Assembly: GCA_030390025.1 (NCBI GenBank)
Contig: CM059438.1
Span: 57,972,001 to 58,036,000 of the forward strand
Reading direction: 5' to 3'
DNA: 64,000 nucleotides
Source: Squalus acanthias
Lineage: Eukaryota
Of the stretch, positions 12,478 through 22,257 are shown in pieces (position 1 is the first letter of the stretch; each line of letters begins with the position of its first letter). The position numbers and the translations under genes were made by a program. The notes beneath the pieces are model-generated. The model ran no database searches and had not been told where the DNA came from. It saw only the letters and a program-made list of their open reading frames with translations.

Positions 12478-12634
12478 AACTTTTGAAGGCAGTTATGGAG
12501 CAGACGTGGGTATAGGAGAAGCACAATTCCTGCAATGATTGTAGCGATACAGAGCAGAGAGAGGAGACCAAGCACTGCCACAATAGCCCTCTCATTCCCC
12601 TCTGTTACCAGATATGAGCAGTCACAGTCACCAG
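12478..12634 (-). CDS. Transmembrane exon of a type I membrane protein (phase 1 to 2)
   Basis: Acceptor tttttatttacctaatag, donor gtaagt; GDCDCSYLVTEGNERAIVAVLGLLSLLCIATIIAGIVLLLYPRLLHNCLQK. Confidence 0.85.
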
Positions 12635-13220
12635 CTATTAGGTAAATAAAAATAGAATGATAATTAAGTTCAAAAGTGATGAATAAGTACCCTACATCTA
12701 AACTAATTTAATAGTTACATGATCTAAATTCACGTGTATTTTCTTCCATTTACTTTAAGGCACTGGCAGATGTACTGAATTATGAAGCAGTCATGCATTA
12801 CATTTACCATTTCTGCCTCTAAACCACCTGAATTTTCCTCTTTTGGCCACCCAATTCTGAGCTGGCCTGAATCCGGCAAGCTGCAGCTTAGTGCCCGTTT
12901 GGCGACCTGCAGCTCGCCGGTTCCTTTTAAATGAGGTCAGGGCCTCAATATGGCTCCGGTCTCTTCATCCCCAGAATGGACAGGCTGCTGGTGCGCGCCC
13001 CCTATCAATGGCCCAAAATTAAAATCGACCCCACAGAATGAAAGATCAGACTGCAAGAGAGAGGGGATACAAGAATTCAGAGCAGTTTCAGAACTCCAGT
13101 GAGCAATCCCTAGGCAGAAATGTTCAGTGTATCATATGTATGTAAGAGTAAATGTTCTAAGCATAGAAGCAGATTAGTTGCTGAGACAACAGACACCAGA
13201 AACATCACAATGCCAGACTG

Positions 13221-14895
13221 AGGCCAGAACTTTGCGGGGGGTCAACGGGCACGATCAGTGGCGGGTCGGGTGGGAAAGTGGTTTTTTTTGACAGCGGGTC
13301 AGGAATTCGGTCAACCCACCGCCACTGTCGGGTCTGTCAACACTGAGCAGTGGCGGGGGACCTAATTAAAATGATTAGCATCTAGTTGCCAGATGCTTAA
13401 CAGCCTTTTTTCACTTACCTTTTGTCTTTAACTTCATGACCACGGGATTCCCGCTGTGCGCAGACCACGATTGTCAAGCTGAGGCGTGAGTTCAGTGGCC
13501 ATTGCTCCAGCTGATTACTTGACAACTTCAAATGTACAGTAAAGCTCCCACCTGACTGATACTCACTTTCCTCAGGCAGAAGCTTTTTCTTACTCCATTT
13601 ACAGCACACATTCTGCAGGCTTTCCGCTTTCCACTCTCACCTCATTGAAAGAACTCTCTCACTATTGACAGAATGCTTCTATCATCTCTACTTCACCTGC
13701 CATCTACTCCATCAACATGGGAACCCTTTATACTCTCTCACCTTGGTCCTCAGAATCCCACCACGATCAGCCCCAGCACCAGCAGCACCAGGCACACCAG
13801 CAGCACCAACAACACCAACCTTTGCCACAATCAACTGATGCTGCACAGGACACAGGGCATCAGCACCCAAGCACATTGCTGCCTGGGAGGCCAGGGATGT
13901 CTTCACCATGGCCAGATTTACTTCACTTGACGCTGTACACCCTGGTTGTCACATGATGCGCCAGGTTGGCACCACCCTACACCAATACCATAAAGCATCC
14001 CTACAATGTCCAAGCCATTCCTTTCACACTCACCACCATTGCGGGGAGTGCCGTTATGTCTCACCATTCACTGCAATTACTCAGCCAAAAGTCCACACAA
14101 ATCTGTCCAAGACCGGAAAGTTTTGAAAATAAAGGTTTCACAATGTTTGACAGCACATTAACAGAAACTTTACATGAACATTGGATAAAACACCAAAGTG
14201 GCTACCCTTGTGTGTTGTTAGATGGTATGATTACACTAAGATGAGGGTGAGTGCGAGGGGTGGCTAGTGAGATGGGGATGTGATAATGTAGATAGAGAGG
14301 GATGGGTGGAGGTGCAAGGTAAGTTGGTGTGCAGGGGTAGTGCAGGGAAGGCAGAGTGATGCGGATGTGATGAGAGGTACTGCAGGAATATAGGCGAGTG
14401 TGGCTTTGTACTAACATTTCGTGATCTAATGAGATCATTGAAAGGTTTGCGGCACTGCACCCAGGTCCTTCTGACAACATCCCTGCTTGTGACCTCCTGT
14501 GCAATGTGCAACCAGGCTGTGTTGGTGTCCTGGGGAGGTCTCTTCCACCCATGGGAAGGGAAGAGGACCTCCCTGCGTGCTGTGAACCTGGGTGCAGCCC
14601 TGCACCTCTGTGCAGTGATTGTCAGTGTTTGCAGCACTTCAATGCTGTAGAACACTGACAACACAAATGTCAAAATAAATTTGGACATGGTCCCTTTAAG
14701 GAAACCGGCTGATGACGCATCATCAAATTACATCACCAGACCCGCTTCCTCTAATTGGCCGGGAAATGCGCTGGGCAACAAACAAGCCCTATTAATGGAA
14801 ATTCATTTCAGAGCAGGATGGAGCCAGCAGCGGGGTTGGGACCCGCCACCGACATTGCCCTTCACGGACCCGCCGAGGTGAGCAAAATCCCGGCC
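13221..14895. mobile_element. Non-autonomous Harbinger with Myb/SANT exon on minus strand
   Basis: TIRs aggccagaactttgc / gcaaaatcccggcct; AAPRF..RREVLFP..RTWVQCRKPFNDL. Confidence 0.8.
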
Positions 14896-15223
14896 TGAGA
14901 TTCATCACGTTAGCATCCCAGAGAGAGATGAGGCACCCAGCTGCTGCGCTAACTCAGAAGGACAAGATCATATAAACTCTGCAATCTTACTAAAGCTGCA
15001 AGCTTACCAGCAATAAGCTGAACAAACTAAGCTCTTAGTATATCTGATTAACTCATTAGTCAAGGTTGTTAACTTGCCAGCTGCACAGAATCTAATCTAA
15101 ACTAACCTTGCTGACTTTATGTCAATATTGGACATTGACCCTATTATCAGCTGATGATAAAGGATCCCAGTTAATACTCAGTTGCAGTGATACACTGGAA
15201 CTCCATTATAGCCAAAGACGTTA

Positions 15224-15405
15224 AGGGTAATTTTAACCTACTCGTCAGGCGGGAAACTACGGGATTGGGTGGAACGCCGGTTTTACACCCCGCTCAATAT
15301 TACTCTCCATTGACTTCAAGAGTGTAAAACTGGGCGGGGTGCCAAACCAGTGCTGCACCTAATCCCATCATTATCCCGACGGGCGAGTTAGGTTAAAATT
15401 GCCCC
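15224..15405. mobile_element. Foldback MITE (Harbinger-type)
   Basis: gggtaattttaacct / aggttaaaattgccc; central ccattgacttcaa. Confidence 0.75.
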
Positions 15406-15920
15406 CATTAATTCTGTTAGTTGAGAATATCTACCTCCATACCTTGTATACTCTTACTGTTTAGCATTAAGATGTGGCAAATTGGATTGTTCCAAGTATG
15501 CTAATAAATAAACGTTAGTTCATTATTTTATGGTCTGATTTCCTCTTTGGTGACTTTGGCATGGAGAACGACTCATTCATTCAGTGGCTTTTAATGTATC
15601 CCTGATAGGGAGGTTAGAAATGTAAACCTCAAGAAATGGTGTAAAACAGCTCAGATGAGCCAAATTCAGAAATCTTGTACTTTCTTAGATGGAAGACAAT
15701 TAATTTCCAGATGGTTCTCGAATGAGAAGTTGAGGAGTTAAGGTGAAGGGATTAAGGGTGTTGGGTGTTTCGCTATGTGCTTGTCTCTATCTCGTTCTCT
15801 CTCTTTCTGTCTTACGGTTGTCACTAATTAAAATATTTAGATTTTCAAACAATCATAAAAATACAAAAAACTCAATTACGATAAAAAAAGACAGGCTTAG
15901 AAATTCTTCAATTTATCCTT

Positions 15921-16232
15921 CCTGAGGTGTGGTGCCCAGAACTGAACGCAGTACACCAGCTGGAGTCTGACCACGGCTCTGTACAACTGAAGCATAGCTT
16001 CGTCTCCTTTTGTATTCCAGTCCCATTGAGATGAAAGCCAACATTCCGTTAGCCTTTTTGTACCTGTCCATTAACTTTTACATGGACACCCACATTGCTT
16101 TGTACCTCCATAGTTCCTAGTATCTCACCATTTAGAAAATACTACAAATTGTCTTTCTTGAATCCAAAGTGGATATCCCCATACTTCCCCACATTGACCA
16201 CCATCTGCCGCAGTTGTGCCAACTCACTTAAT
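15921..16232 (-). mobile_element. Old CR1 RT-region fragment
   Basis: Degenerate similarity to KKANGML..YCVQFWAPHL on minus strand. Confidence 0.7.
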
Positions 16233-16252
16233 GAGTAGGGAGATTCTGTCTC

Positions 16253-16266
16253 CCGCCAGGGGGCAG
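16253..16266 (+). promoter_or_regulatory. Candidate CTCF site
   Basis: CCGCCAGGGGGCAG is close to the CTCF core consensus; motif match only. Confidence 0.4.
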
Positions 16267-16579
16267 ATTTTCCCCCAAATCGCTCGCAGCAGTGCCCAGA
16301 TTAATGTTTTAATCGTGGCAACGCCAGGACAATCCTGGAAGGTTGAAATCCTAGCTGGAGGCCATCATTGGGTGTGAACAATCAGGTTTGCCTGTAATGC
16401 CCTCCTTGGTCGAGCAAGACTGCTAACACTCAAGGTATAAGCTCGCAGGTGAAGAATGAATGAGATTAGGCACAAGAGGACACCCTTGTAACTATACTAC
16501 AGTGTGAGTTAACACACTTGCTAAAATCTATCGGCTCACCGGGAGTTTCCGATATTGCATAGAATAAGTTAAGGGTGCA

Positions 16580-17003
16580 GTCAGATGCTTTTGGCCGCGA
16601 GTCTAGATGTCGAATCAGTTGAACACGTCGGCGGTTCCAGTGGCGTCCGCTGGTTGTACTGCAACTGTTCGGCCAGCAGGCTAATCCGCCCGTATATACA
16701 GCGGGACCTGGTGAGAGCTCGTGCCGGGGGATCTGCGCTCAGCGGCCGCCATCTCTCTCCCTTCTCAGCAAGCAGGGGCCTTGGCTCAGCAGCAGCTGCC
16801 GCCGTCATCGCACAGACGTTCAGGAGGGAGGGAACAGAGGTCTACGTCAGGGCCGGAGTCGCCAGTTTGCTCAACTTGATCCCACCTTTACATGATGGTG
16901 CATTTTTCTTTTTTTTAAATCTCGGATGATATATATGGCAGATCCCCTGAAACCCTTTCGCGGACCCCTAGGGAGCCGTGGACCCCCGGTTCAGAAACCC
17001 TGC
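16580..17003. other. CpG-rich segment ending in a hAT/Charlie-like terminus
   Basis: CpG dense, AGATGGCGGC and TGACGT on minus strand; ggacccccggttcagaaaccctg resembles MER5-type ends. Confidence 0.4.
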
Positions 17004-17029
17004 TTTAGAGTGTAGGTTAGCTGACAAGT

Positions 17030-18432
17030 CGTCACATAGTGAATCAACAGCCATGAGTGTGCAGGACCTAGGGAAGGGGGATAGGATGCCCCAGGTGCGA
17101 GTGGAGGGCGAGATTTCAATTTTGCTCTGCTGCAGAGGACTCAGGTACAGACTTCTAGGGCACAGGCTACCAAGAAAGATGATGAGCATACACCAGGAAA
17201 TGCTGGGTGCACTGGGTAGTTTTTTTTAATTCATTCACGGGATGTGGGCGTTGCAGGGAAAGCCAGCATTTATTGCCCATCCCTAAATGCCCTTCAGAAG
17301 GTGGTGGTGAGCTGCCTTCTTGACAACTGAGTGGCTTGCTAGGCCATTTCAGAGGGCAGTTACAAGTCAACCACATTGCTGTGGTTTGGAGTCACATATA
17401 GGCCAGACCGGATAAGGACGGCAGATTTCCTTCCATAAAGGACATTAGTGAACCAGATGGGGTTTTTAATGACACTCCAGTAGTTACATGGTCACCATTA
17501 CTGGTACTAGCTTTTATTTAAATTCCAGATTTATTTAATTAACTGAATTTAAATTCCCCAGCTGCCGTGGTAGGATTTGAATACCTGTTTCCGGATCATT
17601 AGTCCAGGATTACTAGTCCCATGACATAACCACTATGCTACCCTTCCCGATGCCAGCAAGATTGCGCACAATGGCTCACAGCATGGAAGAATCCAGCTCT
17701 AACTTGTGTCGGGGCTTCGCGCAGAACATGGAGACCATCATAATGGGGTCTCTGCTAACAGCTTCCATGGAAGCTTAGACAGCTGCCATCTTTGCTTTGG
17801 GGTCCAGTGTTGACAGGGGCTTCCAGAGGATCATATCGCTCCTGCATTCTGGTCTCGCACAGCGCCGCTGGAGGGCTAAGTTGCAGTCCCAGGAGAGTTG
17901 TCTTGGCTCCATGGGAGAGGCATCTGCTGTTCTCTCTCAGGATGACAGCATCCCTGCTCCCCCACTACTCACTCTGCCAGTGCCCTTGTTAGTGCCACTC
18001 AAATCAACTGGACAAGACTGATCCAGTCCATGCCAAGATGTTCCAGTGTGCAGCCAGAGCTGCTCGAGGTCGCCCACCACTGCCGTCTGAAATGTCCCCA
18101 AATGGAAGCTCAGTAGACTTCCACCTCCTAAATGTGATTCTAAATTATTGCGATTAAATATTAGACTCAGATGGAATTAAATTGTTGGATAAATGTTTTG
18201 TTTTTGGATTTCGTGTTGGTATATTTGTTGTAAAGTGAGGGCGAGACCCATAAGGCTGGACTGAAGGAAAGCAAACGAATGGTGGTAGTAAGGACGCCTA
18301 CTGAGCAGCCCAATCGGCGGGCGGAGCATCTCCAGCACAGAATGAGCGTGTACACGCAGCACATCATATTGGGCCCTTAGGTGCCCATTTTACGCCTGTA
18401 AAACAGGTGTAGCACAATCAAATTTCTAGGCC
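17030..18432 (+). mobile_element. Harbinger Myb-gene 3' remnant with right TIR, interrupted by a SINE
   Basis: HQEMLGAL and ctctctcaggatgacagcat shared with 3575-4100; ends aatttctaggcc. Confidence 0.7.
17220..17645 (-). mobile_element. tRNA-derived SINE sharing its 3' tail with the LINE at 52038
   Basis: tRNA-like head at about 17570-17645; tail 17220-17325 matches 52038-52135. Confidence 0.75.
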
Positions 18433-19248
18433 ACAGTCTCTTTGTGTATGTCTATCTCTCTCTCCACCTTGCCCACCTTGCTGCATATCTCGCTGTCTCT
18501 CAACTGGTACACTTTCTGAAGTAAAAAAAAACAACTGTTTTTATTTGATATTTTAGTTGAAAACCTACTGCAACTCATCATCCAATGTGCATTCAAATCT
18601 TTTTCAAACATACAAACTATTGGGACAGAGATACAATTGGACTTTTCCACTGAAAAGTAAGTAAATGATCATTTACAATTCACAGATAATCAAAAACTAT
18701 AACAGGTGTGTAATCAGCAGAGGGCCATGTTTAAAACAAATTGTCAATAAAAACTTTACTTGAAATAAAACTTTGATAATTCAATCTCCAGTTTGTTTCA
18801 AAGTCTTTTGGAAAAGGCAAAGAAACTGCCAAATCCTCACAGGATGAGAGGACACTCCCTTTTCTTTAGTTCAGAAACCTACTGATGCTTGCTGAGAAAT
18901 TCTGCAAACTGACTATTGAATGGACAGATATGGTTGGAAACATTCTTCCACTGTTCTCGGGGAAAATATCCAGTAGAAGTCTGGGCTATTGAGACAGGCT
19001 GCGGCCTTGAAAGTAAAAATTTGAAGGAAGGTGTTAAAATATTTTTTTTCTCATCATAATTCCCTCAATGGTTTGCCATTCTTGCTGAAACTACTTATGT
19101 TTTAACACTGCCCAGAGAGATTTTCTTCTACTGTGAAGTCTCGAGTCACCTGAACCTAACCAGGTTGTCACTCGTCATGGTCCACAACTGGCTGACTGAC
19201 TCCAACCGCAATGCCCAAGGTTAGCATCAATGGACTTTAGACTCTAGT

Positions 19249-19315
19249 TCACAGAATCACAGAATCCCCACAGTGCAGATAGAGGCCATTTCGGCCCATC
19301 AAGCCTGCACCGACA
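19249..19315 (-). mobile_element. 3' tail of an HE1/V-SINE split by the CR1 insertion
   Basis: (gattctgt)2 tail on minus strand; continues at 25388. Confidence 0.7.
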
Positions 19316-19690
19316 CCTCTTTTACAGTGGCGGACCTGGGCGAGAAGTGAGTGGAGCAGCGAGGCTATAAAAGTCAGCGGTATCAAGGTAGGCCCCTCTT
19401 TTACAGCGGCGGACCTGGGCGAGAAGTGAGTGGAGCAGCGAGGCTATAAAAGCCAGCGGTATCCAGGTAGGCCCCTCTTTTACAGCGGCGGACCTGGGCG
19501 AGAAGTGAGTGGAGCAGCGAGGCTATAAAAGCCTGCGGTATCCAGGTAGGCCCCTCTTTTACAGCGGCGGACCTGGGCGAGAAGTGAGTGGAGCAGCGAG
19601 GCTATAAAAGCCTGCGGTATCCAGGTAGGCCCCTCTTTTACAGCGGCGGACCTGGGCGAGAAGTGAGTGGAGCAGCGAGGCTAAAAAGCT
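19316..19690 (+). repeat. 79-bp monomer array (about 4.7 copies) at the CR1 5' end
   Basis: cctctttt recurs at 19316, 19395, 19474, 19553, 19632; each full unit has ctataaaa. Confidence 0.95.
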
Positions 19691-19851
19691 ATACAGGGTG
19701 ATTGCTTTAATAGTGCGGGTCGCAGTGGTTGCTGGGTAAGTTTTTTTTTTACCTGTATATAAGTTGGCGGTTTCTAAACCCGAGACACTACACTTGTAGT
19801 GTCCCCCACCCTTCCACCTCCTCTAACCTAAAGGGGGTGAGTGTATATCAG

Positions 19852-20130
19852 GAGGCCCGGTGAGTATCTAAACTCACTTTCGTGGGCTTTTGTTTGCAGA
19901 GGCTGCTGTCGGGAGCAGAGAGAGCCGAGGCCCGGAGAGTATCTAAACTCACTTTCGCGGGCTTTTGTTTACAGAGGCTGGTGTCGGGAGCGGAGACAGC
20001 CGAGGCCCAGTGAGTATCTAAACTCACTTTCGCGGGCTTTTGTTTACAGAGGCTGGTGTCGGGAGCAGAGAGAGCCGAGGCCCGGTGAGTATCTAAACTC
20101 ACTTTCGCGGGCTTTTGTTTGCAGAGGTTT
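19852..20130 (+). repeat. 75-bp monomer array (about 3.7 copies) in the CR1 5' UTR
   Basis: gaggccc recurs at 19852, 19927, 20002, 20077. Confidence 0.95.
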
Positions 20131-20269
20131 ACCAATCTCAGACCGGCGGTGGCGTTCCAGAGCCACGTCACGATTCAAAACGTGACGTGGGCAGGAGGGA
20201 GCGGCTGATTGGGTGAGTACGGCAGGTTAGTATTTATACTACTTTATAGTTTGATAGTTAAGGTTCATA

Positions 20270-21162
20270 GGGGTAGAAATTAGGTCGCGCCCCATTTGGG
20301 GTGCAAATATCGTCCGGACGCAAATATTAGCGCCTGGCGCTAATTATCGGCACTGACGGGAAACTTCACTTTTACCGCCCCGGGAGGTGAGTGGAGCGCT
20401 AAAGCAGGCGCTGCACACCTCTCTTAAGGCGCAAAGGCTGAGCAGTGAGGCGCTAACTCGGAGCGCTGGCCAAGCTCATGTAATGTCAGTCAGCAATGGA
20501 ACACACACACAATGGCACGGGCCAGTTCTTAAAGGGGATGGTTAATCTTGCTTTCCATCCACATCCTGTTCATTGCTGCCTTGAATCTCGGCCTGGAGAG
20601 ACTTGCACATCAAATGTGCTGGAAAGAACAATGGAGAGCACCAGGCAAAGAGCTCAGAGTGCAGCTCCCATGGTCTCTGCTAAATCGATACAAGGAATGG
20701 CAAATCAAAATGAACCTGCAAAGTGCTGCTCAGTACCCAAAACTCCTTCACACAACGTTGAATCTCTCCAGAAGTCTCTCCCTCTCTCTCTCAGAATGCG
20801 TAGTTCAAAAATGCCACCAACAATAAAAGACAGGAAGAGGCCCCCTTTAAATAGCGCCCCCCCCAGCCCCACAGCGATTGATAGCGTTCCAGTCTTCTGG
20901 TCGTTGGAAGCGCCAGGCGGTAAGGCAGGGGGCGCCACTCAATTTCCGCTACGGGGCGCCCCAAGGGCGTTGCACCATGGAATGACGTCACAATCTGCGC
21001 GCGCAGGTGGTCGCACCGGTAAGTTTTAGCGCCGCCGCACAATCTCAAGTTAAGTTCTCGAGCGGCGCAAACATCGCTGCGCCCGGGCATTAGCGGCTTT
21101 GCGCCCCATTAGCGCCCTCTTAAGGCGCTAACGGGTGGCGCAACCAAGTGAATTTTTACCCC
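20270..21162. mobile_element. Harbinger MITE inside the CR1 5' UTR
   Basis: TIRs GGGGTAGAAATT / AATTTTTACCCC, ATA duplicated on both sides. Confidence 0.85.
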
Positions 21163-21309
21163 ATAGTTTATAAAGTTTCGAAGATCTTAATTTTGTGATT
21201 ATAATTTCTAGTGCTAGTAACCAAGGGCCCTTGAGTAATTCATTTAATTGAGTGAAATTGGTGGTATTGATTTGATTTAATTAAAGTTCAATTAATTAAA
21301 GGGTAAGTC

Positions 21310-22257
21310 ATGGCAGGACAGCCCAGCCCCGTGTTGTGCTCCTCCTGCTCTATGTGGGAAATCAGGGACCCTTCCGGTGTCCCTGACGACCATGTGTGCG
21401 GGAAGTGTATCCATCTGCAGCTACTGACAGCCCGCATTGCGGCGCTGGAGCTGCGGCTGGATGCATATTGGAGCATTCGCGATGCTGAGAACCTCGTGGA
21501 TAGCACATTTAGTGAGTTGGTCACACCACAGGTGAAGGGTGTACAGGCAGGAAGGGAATGGGTGACCACCGGGCAGAGTAGGAGGTGCAGGCAGGTAGTG
21601 CAGGGGTCCCCTGTATCCATCCCCCTCTCAAACAGATATACCGCTTTGGATACTGTTGGGGGGGATGACTTAGGGGAAGGCAGCAGCAGCCAACTTCCTG
21701 GCACCATGGGCGGCTCTGCTGCACAGGCTGGGAGGAAAAAGAGTGGAAGAGCTATAGTGATAGGGGACTCAATTGTAAGGGGAATAGATAGGAGTTTCTG
21801 CGGCCGCAACCGAGACTCCAGGATGGTGTGTTGCCTCCCTGGTGCAAGGGTCAAGGATGTCTTGGAGCGGCTACAGAACATTTTGGAGGGGGAGGGCGAA
21901 CAGTCAGCTGTCGTGGTGCACATAGGCACCAACGATATAGGTAAAAAAGGGGATGAGGTCCTAAAAGCAGAATATAGGGAGTTAGGAGGTAAATTAAAAA
22001 ATAGGACCTCAAAGGTAGTAATCTCAGGATTGCTACCAGTGCCATGTGCTAGTCAGAGTAGAAATAGGAGGATATTTCAAATGAATACGTGGCTAGAGGA
22101 ATGGTGCAAGGGGGAGGGATTCAAATTCCTGGGACATTGGAACCGGTTCTGGGGGAGGTGGGACCAGTACAAACCGGACGGTCTGCACCTGGGCAGGGCC
22201 GGGACCGCTGTCCTAGGGGGAGTGTTTGCTAGTGCTGTTGGGGAGGATTTAAACTAA
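21310..22257 (+). CDS. CR1 ORF1p: zinc finger/leucine zipper plus SGNH esterase
   Basis: CSSC..CGKC, heptad leucines, GDSIVR, HIGTND, DGLH. Confidence 0.95.
   Translation: MAGQPSPVLCSSCSMWEIRDPSGVPDDHVCGKCIHLQLLTARIAALELRLDAYWSIRDAENLVDSTFSELVTPQVKGVQAGREWVTTGQSRRCRQVVQGSPVSIPLSNRYTALDTVGGDDLGEGSSSQLPGTMGGSAAQAGRKKSGRAIVIGDSIVRGIDRSFCGRNRDSRMVCCLPGARVKDVLERLQNILEGEGEQSAVVVHIGTNDIGKKGDEVLKAEYRELGGKLKNRTSKVVISGLLPVPCASQSRNRRIFQMNTWLEEWCKGEGFKFLGHWNRFWGRWDQYKPDGLHLGRAGTAVLGGVFASAVGEDLN

Noticed and set aside
15458..15500. Possible 43-nt exon HTWNNPICHILMLN (phase 0 to 1)
   Set aside because: Could only substitute for the 40-nt exon; weaker splice sites and no other support
18870..19006. Possible minus-strand exon PQPVSIAQTSTGYFPREQWKNV..
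   Set aside because: Acceptable splice sites, but phase 2 to 2 does not fit between the phase-1 neighbours
19841..20185. Repeat-protein ORFs
   Set aside because: Translation of the 75-bp UTR monomers
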